Assembly (NCBI GenBank): GCA_003158585.1
Contig: PMKE01000071.1
Location: 10,003-74,002 of the forward strand
Length of the DNA stretch: 64,000 nt
Source of the DNA: Alphaproteobacteria bacterium
GTDB taxonomy: Bacteria; Pseudomonadota; Alphaproteobacteria; Micropepsales; Micropepsaceae
Reading direction: 5' to 3'
Of the stretch, positions 30,841 to 39,780 are shown piece after piece. The notes beneath the pieces are model-generated. The model was given only the letters and a program-made list of their open reading frames with translations. It searched no databases and was not told the DNA's origin. Numbering within the stretch: the stretch's first letter is position 1; every line of letters starts with the position of its first letter. The translations under genes were made by a program, and so were the position numbers.

Positions 30841-30979
30841 GGAGATGTCGAGAATGAAGCACCGACTCGGCCGAATACGCAGCCCTCAACGATAAGGCAC
30901 CAAGCTCAAATTGGTGTCAACATCTGCTACAACAACCGCCAGGGATGGCGCGTGCCATTTGGACGCGCTTAGCTGCTGT

Positions 30980-31585
30980 TCAGTTGATGAGGAATCCAAC
31001 ACCGAAACCGCGATTGAATGCATCTGCAGAGTCGCGTGAAAGCTTTGATTGGAGTAAGAAAACCCATTCCGTGGTGTCGTCCGATGAGACAATGTCCGAC
31101 CCAAAATCCACGAGATATCCAATCGATTCGTTCAGGCGAATATCTGCCCAAAGTTCGGTAGGGCGGAGCTTTAAGTGCGCAAGCTCCCGAGCAATCTTCC
31201 CCATTTGCAGCGCAACATCCGCTTGCATCAAATCGGGCGACGGCATTTCGTCCGGTATGAATTGTTCAATAGAGACTGCCGGGTACGTGGCGTACAGGTG
31301 GGGCACAGGCACGCCTCGCGCGCCGATCATCTTTCGCCTTTGTTCGCTCCGAACCTGTTGCTGTTCAGGAGAAAGGCCCCACCCGACGAATGCCTTCGCA
31401 ATAACGTGTTCGCTTGTATTTTCGGAAAGAGCCAAGACGCCTTCCGCAACATAGGTCTCAGAGCCGCCCCTTCGCCAAGACCCAACGTCGGAGATCGCTA
31501 TAACAGCGCCCGCCGATCTTCGGACCCACTTCCGATTGATCGCCTCTAAGAGCTGCGACTCATTGAGCTTGTATTCGGAGAGCAT
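30980..31585 (-). CDS. Small protein-kinase-like fold protein (RIO/Kdo/APH-like minimal kinase)
   Basis: Candidate VAIK-like lysine VIAKAF, and a catalytic-loop plus DFG arrangement ADIRLNESIGYLVDFGSD. Only 201 aa. Confidence 0.5.
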   Translation of the reverse strand: MLSEYKLNESQLLEAINRKWVRRSAGAVIAISDVGSWRRGGSETYVAEGVLALSENTSEHVIAKAFVGWGLSPEQQQVRSEQRRKMIGARGVPVPHLYATYPAVSIEQFIPDEMPSPDLMQADVALQMGKIARELAHLKLRPTELWADIRLNESIGYLVDFGSDIVSSDDTTEWVFLLQSKLSRDSADAFNRGFGVGFLIN

Positions 31586-31613
31586 GCCTCCGAAGAGTCC
31601 ATCCGAAATTAGG

Positions 31614-32237
31614 TTAGCTATTTTTCGCTCCTAGCAGCCGAATGACCTCAACGGGCGTTTCGCCGTGGACGTATACGCCGTTCCACTTTTTGTTCAGCAT
31701 GGCGACGTATTCGTTCCACTCTTCGGGTAAAAATGCCTTTATTCCACGTTTCTTCAAGAATTCGCGCAACGTCTCTTCTGCTTTTTTATCGTCGTGCAGC
31801 TTGCCGACGTATTCGACCTCGACAAAGCAATCCGCCGCTTGTGTCGGGTTCTTAAAATCTAGCACTTCTTGGACTGCAATCTCGACTTCTCCAACCGTGC
31901 CCCTATGTATTCTACGCCCACCAGCAACACCTTTCTCGTATCCCAGCAACGCCATAACGGAGAGTGCTCCGCTCAAGTCCTCTGGCAAAATGCGAGCGAT
32001 TGCCTCCTCTCGCTTTGCCCCTCCGAACTGGCCACGCTTCACGACGAACTCAGGGCTTCCGTTCGTCACTCTCACACGAACGTCCAAACGGCGTTCTCCG
32101 ATGCCTTCAATGAAGGTGGAATAGTCGATAAAGCACCTTGATTGGACGACGGCATCCGCGGCTTTGCCAAGCTCGTCCTTTAGTGTCTTCGCTTGCGCTT
32201 CGGTGACGTGTGCCCTGAGTTCGATTTCTGTGGCCAT
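31614..32237 (-). CDS. CYTH-like (triphosphate tunnel metalloenzyme; CyaB/ThTPase family) protein
   Basis: N-terminal ExExK-like EIELR. Alternating charged beta-strands RLDVRVRV, EFVVKR, EVEIAVQEV and FVEVEYV are typical of the tunnel fold. Start lies 2 nt after the NDK-like stop. Confidence 0.6.
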   Translation of the reverse strand: MATEIELRAHVTEAQAKTLKDELGKAADAVVQSRCFIDYSTFIEGIGERRLDVRVRVTNGSPEFVVKRGQFGGAKREEAIARILPEDLSGALSVMALLGYEKGVAGGRRIHRGTVGEVEIAVQEVLDFKNPTQAADCFVEVEYVGKLHDDKKAEETLREFLKKRGIKAFLPEEWNEYVAMLNKKWNGVYVHGETPVEVIRLLGAKNS

Positions 32238-32239
32238 GT

Positions 32240-32776
32240 TTAGTTTTCCAATCCTTGATTTGGGAACCAGAGCGAGATTTCGTAATTCGCTTCCAGGTAC
32301 GGCTCAGAGCCGGACGCCTTGTCCGACGCGTGAACTAAGTTGGCTGTGCCTCGCTTTTCCGAATTTGCTTTAGCAATGCTATCGGTTCCAAAATCTCCAC
32401 GAATAGTACCTGGAAGTGCATTTTGTGGATCGGTAGCCCCAACGAGCGCACGCACTCGCTTGATGGCGTTCTCTCCGCCCAATACCATTGGAAGAACATT
32501 CCCCGACATCATGTAATCACGATTCCAGCCGAGGACCATTCTACCATAAGCAGTGACGTCATTCCCGACGTCCGTTCCAGCAGCGCGGCTCTTTTCACCA
32601 ATGATCGGTGCCAGCTTTTCGACTTGGTAATGCCTGTTGAACGCCTCAGCACTAGGTTTGTCGAGGCGGGCAGCCAGGATCGTAAGTCCGGCTCGCTCAA
32701 ATCGATGGATAATATCGCCTGCCAAACCACGCTTGATCGTGTCGGGCTTCAGAATAACAAGCGTCTTCTCATACAT
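32240..32776 (-). CDS. Nucleoside diphosphate kinase-like protein (divergent, extended)
   Basis: TLVILKPDTIKRGLAGDIIHRFERAGL and the catalytic-His motif NLVHASD. Longer than canonical NDK, with an internal insertion and a C-terminal tail. Confidence 0.75.
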   Translation of the reverse strand: MYEKTLVILKPDTIKRGLAGDIIHRFERAGLTILAARLDKPSAEAFNRHYQVEKLAPIIGEKSRAAGTDVGNDVTAYGRMVLGWNRDYMMSGNVLPMVLGGENAIKRVRALVGATDPQNALPGTIRGDFGTDSIAKANSEKRGTANLVHASDKASGSEPYLEANYEISLWFPNQGLEN

Positions 32777-32900
32777 TGAGGATTCCTCATGCTCTTTGAA
32801 AAAATGGGTTTTGTCGGGAAGCGGATACCGCGAACGAGCAAAAATCGCAACAGAGGCAGACCGTTAGGTCACATGGCTTGCCTCTCGCGCCAATGGCTGC

Positions 32901-33812
32901 TCAGAAATGCCGCATTAACCGGGCAACGTGAATTTTCAGGTACTCAAAGACTACGTACGTCCACATTTCTTCATTTAGATAGAATGAGTTACGCTCGTCT
33001 AGAGCGTTCGGCGCACCACGCCGAATGACAAGGGGTGACCAATCAGCAACAGCTTTGAACGTCAATGCGGCTCTTCGCAGGTGGAAAGGAGCTGTCACAA
33101 TTATCACGCGCCGTGGCAGAGAGCTGCCACTAGCACGAAGCACAGCAACCGAATTGACGACATTCTCGGGTGTGTTTCTTGCCTCCCTTTCAAGAACTAA
33201 GTCCGCCTCCGGCACGCCTGCTTGACGGGCGATTTCGGCGTAATAGTCGGCTTCGGCTCCGTCGAAGTGCCGCAGATAGCTTGCCTGCTTCCCGCTAAAC
33301 AGGATTTTGCCACAGAAGCCATTCTTGTAGAGCTTTATTGCCTCGTATACCCGCTGTTCGCCAGGCCCGCCGAATACAAAAACCAAATCTGCCGGGCTGA
33401 GGGGGTCCTCGCCAGATAGATAGTCCCAAACCTCTTCGAGTGCGCGTTTCTGTTCGTCACTTAGGCTAGCGCGAATCAGAAGGAAAGCCCTGTGGACTAT
33501 TGCGGTAACCGCGCGTGAATCGATTCCCTGAGGTGATGCGAAGCGGTAGGGATCGTCTGCAATACCTAAAGCTTCCAGCGCTCGGGTTAAGTGGAATAAT
33601 TCGAGCGTCTCAAGAGGACGCTTTTCGGAAATCTCGGCAGCGATCCGTTCAAGATAATCACGTTCGGTCGCCAAATGGGGATGGTATTTACCGGTCATCA
33701 TTTGCCTCCGGTATAGCCCGAAGTGGGAGACGTGGTCCAAGAAGCCACCTAAACACTCAAGAACACGTTCACGAGAGAGGTTGCAGTGCTTCGGCCGAAA
33801 ACTAGCCGACAA
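32901..33812 (-). CDS. DUF218/YdcF-family protein with N-terminal extension
   Basis: DLVFVFGGPGEQRV, ILFSGK, ARNTPENV and VIIVTAPFHLRRA match the YdcF/SanA-type DUF218 pattern. The start may instead be the MMTGKY ATG near 33701. Confidence 0.6.
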   Translation of the reverse strand: MSASFRPKHCNLSRERVLECLGGFLDHVSHFGLYRRQMMTGKYHPHLATERDYLERIAAEISEKRPLETLELFHLTRALEALGIADDPYRFASPQGIDSRAVTAIVHRAFLLIRASLSDEQKRALEEVWDYLSGEDPLSPADLVFVFGGPGEQRVYEAIKLYKNGFCGKILFSGKQASYLRHFDGAEADYYAEIARQAGVPEADLVLEREARNTPENVVNSVAVLRASGSSLPRRVIIVTAPFHLRRAALTFKAVADWSPLVIRRGAPNALDERNSFYLNEEMWTYVVFEYLKIHVARLMRHF

Positions 33813-33856
33813 GCAAAATACATTGTACCTTCTATTGTGGTCAGTGCATCCGAATT

Positions 33857-34576
33857 TTGCAGAGAGGTCCCATGTTTCCCTTCATCAAAATCTGTGGCGT
33901 CCAGTCACAAGCCGAAGCAAAACTCTGCGTTTCAGCGGGCGTCACGGCGGTCGGCTGTCTCGTTGGGCTGACGCACAAGGCGGAAGACAAGGTTACACCT
34001 GACGTAGCCGCGGGTATCTTCGCATCTCTTCCGAAGGAGGTGCTCAGCGTGCTCGTGACCCATCTCACAGAGGTGGACGATCTGGTTGAGTATGCAAATC
34101 TGACCAAGCCGCGTGCCATTCAGGTACACGGTGACGCGAGCCTTCAAACTGTCGAGCGCCTCGCGTCTCGCTTGCCGAACGTTGTGTTGATTAAGGCTGT
34201 GCATGTGCTCGATCAGGGCGCGGTTGAAGTGGCCCGAGAGTGGGACAACGCGCCAATATCCGCAATTTTATTAGACAGTCGCACAGCCGACCGCCTGGGC
34301 GGGACAGGGCAAACACACGATTGGGGAATCAGTGCGGCGATTGTCCGCGCATCCAAGCATCCGGTAATTCTCGCCGGTGGACTGAGTCCAGCGAATGTCG
34401 GAGACGCGATCCGGGCGGTTTGTCCCAAAGGAGTTGACACCAACAGCGGTGTCGAAGTTGTAGGTGGTGCAAAAGACCCTCTCAAAGTGAGAGCATTTGT
34501 TCAAACGGCACGCGACGAATTCGCGCGCTGTGATTCCGTGGGCGACGTATGTCAGCCGCCAAACACTGCGAAATAA
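33857..34576 (+). CDS. Phosphoribosylanthranilate isomerase (TrpF)-family protein, island-borne
   Basis: IKICGV, LLDSRTADRLGGTGQTHDW, ILAGGLSPANV and GVDTNSGVE. ATG 33872 is an alternative start. Confidence 0.75.
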   Translation: MQRGPMFPFIKICGVQSQAEAKLCVSAGVTAVGCLVGLTHKAEDKVTPDVAAGIFASLPKEVLSVLVTHLTEVDDLVEYANLTKPRAIQVHGDASLQTVERLASRLPNVVLIKAVHVLDQGAVEVAREWDNAPISAILLDSRTADRLGGTGQTHDWGISAAIVRASKHPVILAGGLSPANVGDAIRAVCPKGVDTNSGVEVVGGAKDPLKVRAFVQTARDEFARCDSVGDVCQPPNTAK

Positions 34577-35715
34577 AACCGCTGGAGAAGCGGACCTACC
34601 TGTTTAGGGAACAACTCATTTAGTCCGGTCACGGCGGCGAGAATGGCCGCCGCAATTTGCCATAGGCGATTCGTCACCCGACTGATGCGCTGAAAGACCA
34701 GTGCGCGAAGTGACATATATTCTTGCTCAATGCCGAAATTATCCAACGAGGCTTCGTCCTCGATATTGCCGATGGTTGTGCGATCCGATTTGACAACGCG
34801 GCAGATAATCGGCCACGAAATCTCCCTGAACTCTTCTATAAATTCACGCTGATGCGAGACGTTTTCTCCGACTATCGCTAAGCCGCATGCCAAAGCATCT
34901 CTTGTGCCGGTGCTTGTCGCACGATCATGAATGGTTTCCTCAAATCTCCGAACGGTACCATCTGAGAAGATGAGCTTTATCCCAATGTCGTGAGCGGTCC
35001 CGTCAGCGTTTTGCTCGAATTTATCGAACACTCCGATGACTGAGACGCATAGCTCCCCGAGCATGGAATGGAAATCGGTTACACTTCTTTCTGCAAACGA
35101 ATTCTCCAGAGCTTTGAAAATGCGCGCGTCTGTTGCCAGCGCCCGTACTGGGACGTGAGACGCGCGTTGGGCCTCCGCGAACCGGAGCACCTTTGTTTCA
35201 GATACACTTGCTATCGTGATTGGTTTGCCTACGCGGTTGCATAGCTCTAACGTCTGAGACAACTGGTCTGCGGAGAGATTGCAGTCGATGATTACGGATG
35301 ATGACCGCCTTATAAGCCGACGAATTCGCCTTAGTGGTAGGTCAATTCTATCGACGCCAGTTGAAGTAACGGCAGATACATAATTGCCTTCATGTTTGTT
35401 AGCGACAAAGGCACCCGCGTATGACCGGCGATCACGAGAGATGGACTCTGTCGAGACACCCTCGCGGCGCAAGCGGGAGACGATCCACTTCTCTACCACA
35501 CTCCCGGCTCGGACAGCCGTCCAGATCCCAACCTTGTATCCGAGGCGGGCAAGATTGACGCTGACGTTATAGGCGCTTCCACCAAGTCGAACCTCAATGT
35601 GCCCGACCTTATCGAGATGTTTTGGATCGTCATGTGATATTCCTAAAATATCGACATGGGCCGATCCGATAATCGCAAAACGCGCCCTTTTTCTTTTTGT
35701 CCCCGTTGCGCGCAT
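34552..35715 (-). CDS. PfkB/ribokinase-like kinase with hydrophobic C-terminal extension
   Basis: FAIIGSAHVDILG, RLGGSAYNVSVNLARLG (GG motif), and a degenerate anion-hole motif STGTRDALACGLA. C-terminal LWQIAAAILAAVTGL. The ORF opens at 35787. Confidence 0.65.
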   Translation of the reverse strand: MRATGTKRKRARFAIIGSAHVDILGISHDDPKHLDKVGHIEVRLGGSAYNVSVNLARLGYKVGIWTAVRAGSVVEKWIVSRLRREGVSTESISRDRRSYAGAFVANKHEGNYVSAVTSTGVDRIDLPLRRIRRLIRRSSSVIIDCNLSADQLSQTLELCNRVGKPITIASVSETKVLRFAEAQRASHVPVRALATDARIFKALENSFAERSVTDFHSMLGELCVSVIGVFDKFEQNADGTAHDIGIKLIFSDGTVRRFEETIHDRATSTGTRDALACGLAIVGENVSHQREFIEEFREISWPIICRVVKSDRTTIGNIEDEASLDNFGIEQEYMSLRALVFQRISRVTNRLWQIAAAILAAVTGLNELFPKQVGPLLQRFYFAVFGG

Positions 35716-35946
35716 TGGTCCCCCCGACACCAATACTGAACAGCCTGAACGTTGCGCTTCTTCCTCGCCGCTGTTTGTAAGGCGCACGCACCGCTAGGCG
35801 GCTCCCCATGGCGATATTGTCCGGCTAGTTGCCGAGACGCAAGTATGTGATCGCGACCTTACCTCATCTGCAATGTCGCTGCGGTGCGCTTCGAACGAAA
35901 ATTCAGTGGGCTACCAGTCACTTATCTCTGATACTCCTGTTGAGAG

Positions 35947-36480
35947 TCAGATTAACTCGTTCCGGTTTGCGTAGTGCACGATAAGTAGCGCCGCCGCGTT
36001 GAAGAGCGCCATTTTGATGTCTTCAGTCTCCCACGGTCGGCGCTTGTTGGGAAGCCTATGCCGAATCTCCTTGAGGTACGACGCGACAGTGGACGCGATG
36101 GCATAGCGTGTCTTGGGCTTCGTGCTTTCGAAGCAGAATTTGATTTGCTCGCGCGAGATAATGCGAAGCGGCGTTTTGTTCATCACAGAGAGTGACGCGA
36201 TGGACCGGCACAGCTGCTGTATCCGCTTGCTCCGCCGCGTAGCCCCTCCTTCGAAGGCTTCAAGGACGATTGATGCGGGATGATATTCCGCGACGATGGA
36301 CTCGACGCGCTTCATGCACCGGGCGTTCTTCTCTTGCGGCGTGCCGGGCATCTTGGCCGCGGCGCAGATATCCCACGCCACTGGAGATAGCGGACCGTCG
36401 AAGACGATCCACCCGAATCCGTCCTTGGACGGGAAGATCGCGAGCGCAGTGTTAAAGCCGAGACGGTTGCTGTTCGTCAT
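35947..36480 (-). CDS. Hypothetical protein (weak RNase H/RuvC-like N-terminal pattern, key Asp not conserved)
   Basis: 177-codon ORF overlapping the upstream XRE gene by 4 nt. LAIFPSKDGFGWIVF resembles but does not match the RuvC motif. Confidence 0.45.
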   Translation of the reverse strand: MTNSNRLGFNTALAIFPSKDGFGWIVFDGPLSPVAWDICAAAKMPGTPQEKNARCMKRVESIVAEYHPASIVLEAFEGGATRRSKRIQQLCRSIASLSVMNKTPLRIISREQIKFCFESTKPKTRYAIASTVASYLKEIRHRLPNKRRPWETEDIKMALFNAAALLIVHYANRNELI

Positions 36481-36827
36481 ACGTTTGGTTGTTCGCCCGC
36501 AACCCGCGAGGCGATCTCGTCGAGTAGTTGGCGCTTGATAATCGACTCCGCGTCGGTGAGGCCGCAGAGCGTCTCGGCCAACAGGGCGGCGCGCTTGGCG
36601 ACCTTCAACTCGACAGCGGCATAGAGGGAGGGAAAGATACGGCGCGCGTGCACGCCGAAGATGAATTCAGCGGCAATTAGCGATTCTTTTGAGGGACCAC
36701 GGTTCAGCTTTTCGTATCGAATGATCGCTTCGTCTGATATCCCAAGGAGTGCACCCAACTCACGTTGCGTGAGCGCCCACCGCTTGCGGTACATTTTCAA
36801 ATATGAGGGATATGGATAGTCGTGCAT
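36477..36827 (-). CDS. XRE-family HTH transcriptional regulator
   Basis: KRWALTQRELGALLGISDEAIIRYEK helix-turn-helix. Confidence 0.75.
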   Translation of the reverse strand: MHDYPYPSYLKMYRKRWALTQRELGALLGISDEAIIRYEKLNRGPSKESLIAAEFIFGVHARRIFPSLYAAVELKVAKRAALLAETLCGLTDAESIIKRQLLDEIASRVAGEQPNV

Positions 36828-37090
36828 TCAGCGCGCAAGCGCTGCGTCCCGCATCAGCAGGAGGCGCAGCGGTTGTGTGCGGGCATCGTCTCAGGACGGT
36901 CGCAATCTGTGGAGGACGACTAACCTGACAACTCGGCCGGTTCTCAAGGACATAATCTCATCGCTCCTTCATGTTGAACACGAAACCCATGTGTACTTCA
37001 TGAAGACGGTATTGTCGGTCACACAAGAATGGCTAGAACGTCAGAAAACTCGCCCTATTTCGGCAGCATGCTCTCGCGCACGATAGGCAC

Positions 37091-37300
37091 ATGAAAGACA
37101 ATCAACTTTCCCCCGGCGACCTCTTCATTGATCGGTACATGCCCGGAGCGAGCGCCGAAGAGCGCGAGGAAGCGGAGAAGAATCTAGAACGCTTCGTCGC
37201 CGCCCTTGTTCGCATCGACAAGCGGCTCGAATGGGAGAAGCGGAATGCGATTCGCACGAATCCCGATTCGGAGGTAGATTCCATTAGCACCCGCATATGA
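37091..37300 (+). CDS. Small acidic hypothetical protein upstream of recombinase 2
   Basis: 69 codons. The stop overlaps the recombinase ATG (ATGA), which suggests translational coupling. Confidence 0.4.
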   Translation: MKDNQLSPGDLFIDRYMPGASAEEREEAEKNLERFVAALVRIDKRLEWEKRNAIRTNPDSEVDSISTRI

Positions 37301-38847
37301 AGCAATACTTCGCGTACATCCGCGTCTCGACTGCCAAGCAGGGAGAACACGGATCGTCATTGCAGGAACAGCGAAGCGCCATTGAGGCGTATGCGTCTCG
37401 GAATAGCCTCTCGATAGCTGAATGGTTTGAGGAGCGCGAAACTGCAGCGAAGCAGGGCCGTGCGGTGTTTTCCCGGATGCTTGCCAAGCTGGAGAAAGGC
37501 GACGCGCAGGGCGTCGTTATACACAAAATCGACCGGAGCGCGCGAAACTTGAAAGATTGGGCGAACCTGGGCGACCTTATCGACCGCGGTATCGACGTGC
37601 AGTTTGTCCACGACAGTTTCGACATGCGCTCCCGTGGCGGACGCCTCTCCGCCGATATCCAGGCCGTCGTTGCCGCCGACTATATCCGCAACCTTCGCGA
37701 TGAAGTGAAGAAGGGCTTCTATGGCCGCCTAAAACAGGGCCTTTATCCCTTGCCAGCGCCCATTGGCTATCTCGACCAGGGCAAGGGAAAGCTAAAGATT
37801 CCCGATCCAGTACGCGCGCCTTTGGTGAAAGAGGCATTCGAGCTGTACGCGACCGGCACCGCATCGTTGCGGGTACTTCAGAAGGAAATGAAGCGGCGCG
37901 GATTGAGGACTAAGGCTGGCAAGCCGCTCTCGCTGAATTCCCTCGACCAGATGCTCCACTGCCCGTTCTATGTCGGCCTTATCCGCATCATGAAAACGGG
38001 CGAGACGTTCGAAGGAAAGCACGAACCCATCGTCTTCAAGTCAACTTTCGACCGCGTGCAGGCCATCATGCGGGGCAAGACGGTATCGCGGCAGGTGAAG
38101 CATGATTTCACCTTCCGTAGAATCGTCCGGTGCGGGACGTGCGGCCGTCACCTCGTCGGAGAGCGTCAGAAGGGCCGGTACGTGTACTATCGCTGCCAAG
38201 TGCCGGACTGCCGGGGAACCATCGTCCGGGAGAAGGACCTCGACCACGCGGTACAAACCGCGCTCTCCCTTCTCCGAAGCGATCCGGCGGAGCAGCGATG
38301 GATTGAAGCCAAAGTGACAAATCTCACCAAGCAGGACGCCGAAGGGCTGGAACGGCTCAAGGCCTCCATTCAGCTACGCCTTGCGAAATCCGACGTGCGG
38401 CTGTCCCGGCTCACGGACGCATACCTTGACCGCGATATCGACAGAGAGATTTTCGAGCACCGGAAAAGTGTCGTTTTGGAGGAGCGGGCCAACCTCCGGG
38501 ACGAATTTTCTCGACTGTCCGCGAACGACCTGTCCGTGCACAGGGCACTCAGAAACCTCGAACTCGGAAATACGGCTCTGTCCGGCTACAAATCGGGAAT
38601 TCCCGCCGAACAGCGGGAAATCATCGAAAGCGTGACCTCGAACTTCACGCTACACGGAAAAAACATAGTGATTGCGCTACGTTCTCCGTTTAGAGGGTTA
38701 GCAAACTGGCGTGAATCGCAAATCGGTGCGCCGCATCGGGACACGGCTCAAGAACGCGCCGCGCAAATCCTCGATATCGCGCTGAGGGACGCCAAGGTGT
38801 CAGGTTCCGCCCCCGTTTCGCAGGACGGGCACAAACTCGCGACATGA
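37297..38847 (+). CDS. Second large serine recombinase
   Basis: FAYIRVSTAKQ catalytic serine region, recombinase domain, zinc ribbon RCGTCGRHLVGERQKGRYVYYRCQVPDCRG, coiled-coil tail. Confidence 0.9.
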   Translation: MKQYFAYIRVSTAKQGEHGSSLQEQRSAIEAYASRNSLSIAEWFEERETAAKQGRAVFSRMLAKLEKGDAQGVVIHKIDRSARNLKDWANLGDLIDRGIDVQFVHDSFDMRSRGGRLSADIQAVVAADYIRNLRDEVKKGFYGRLKQGLYPLPAPIGYLDQGKGKLKIPDPVRAPLVKEAFELYATGTASLRVLQKEMKRRGLRTKAGKPLSLNSLDQMLHCPFYVGLIRIMKTGETFEGKHEPIVFKSTFDRVQAIMRGKTVSRQVKHDFTFRRIVRCGTCGRHLVGERQKGRYVYYRCQVPDCRGTIVREKDLDHAVQTALSLLRSDPAEQRWIEAKVTNLTKQDAEGLERLKASIQLRLAKSDVRLSRLTDAYLDRDIDREIFEHRKSVVLEERANLRDEFSRLSANDLSVHRALRNLELGNTALSGYKSGIPAEQREIIESVTSNFTLHGKNIVIALRSPFRGLANWRESQIGAPHRDTAQERAAQILDIALRDAKVSGSAPVSQDGHKLAT

Positions 38848-39045
38848 AGCAGCTTCATGAACGTCTCTCGCTTGCCGCGCTTGGCTCGGCCTTATGGTGG
38901 ATCACTGAGCGTCTCCTGGACACCGGCGTTGCTCGTGTGATGGAGACAATCATGCGGGCCTTGTCTCACTTAAAGGTCTAGCCAAGGCGTAGTGGACCTA
39001 TCGAATCGGAATTTGCGAGAAAAGCGGCCATCCGTATAATTGTGA

Positions 39046-39279
39046 ATGATGGAACATATTGACCACGAGCCTCAGAACAAAGATGCCTGGATTTGCCTCT
39101 GCGGAAACGTACCCTCTGACGACGGCTTCTTTCCGTGCGATGGCAAAGGCAATGAGGTAGAGCCGACAGAAAAGGATTGGAAGACAAATTGGTACGTGTG
39201 CTTGCGTTGCGGACGAATGATTGACCAAAACACGCTTGTCGTTGTGGGACGGAATGAGCATCCGAAGCTATTGGATTAG
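39046..39279 (+). CDS. Small Cys-rich (zinc-ribbon-like) hypothetical protein
   Basis: CLCG...C...CLRCG spacing. 77 codons with no recognised family. Confidence 0.35.
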   Translation: MMEHIDHEPQNKDAWICLCGNVPSDDGFFPCDGKGNEVEPTEKDWKTNWYVCLRCGRMIDQNTLVVVGRNEHPKLLD

Positions 39280-39306
39280 TCCGAGGCCGCTGCTGCGTTG
39301 CGTAGC

Positions 39307-39774
39307 CTACTTCTTTGAACCAGCCCCCATCTTCTTGATAAGCAAGTCAGCAATGTACGGCACACCCTTAGTGAGGGGAACGTAACCGACCGTTGGAGGC
39401 ATGCCTTTCAAGTCCGTGTCGTCCACCCGCACGGGCAGGATGTACTCTTTGCCCTGCTCTTCTAGCGCCCTAGCCTGTGCGCTTTGGCGCTCGTGATTTG
39501 TCCACATCCTCTCCGCATATTCCCTTGAAACGAACATGACGCAGAAGCGAGCGCGCTTGCGGTAAATTTCGTCGAATGTATCAACGAGGTTTTTACCCCA
39601 AAGAAATTCGGGATAGAAATCGTCATAGAACACAGCAATTCCGGCATTCCGCAGAAGCTTGGCCAGCTCTTCCGCTTGCATCCGCTCCGTGCCAGCGAAG
39701 GAAATTGCTATGTCGAAAGTCTGTGGATCAGCGGCTGGCTTCTTGACGGTCGCGCCTCCGATCCGTCTCCGCAC
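39307..39774 (-). CDS. TIR-domain protein (ThsB-like, stand-alone)
   Basis: FDIAISFAGTERMQAEELAKLLRNAGIAVFYDDF, FCVMFVSREYAERMWTNHERQSA (conserved W...E) and ILPVRVDD. Confidence 0.8.
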   Translation of the reverse strand: MRRRIGGATVKKPAADPQTFDIAISFAGTERMQAEELAKLLRNAGIAVFYDDFYPEFLWGKNLVDTFDEIYRKRARFCVMFVSREYAERMWTNHERQSAQARALEEQGKEYILPVRVDDTDLKGMPPTVGYVPLTKGVPYIADLLIKKMGAGSKK

Positions 39775-39780
39775 ATCGGT

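Noticed and set aside
36877-37086. A 69-aa ORF in the divergent region before the recombinase-2 operon
   Set aside because: No Shine-Dalgarno sequence and no protein-like features. The region more likely holds promoters and operators.
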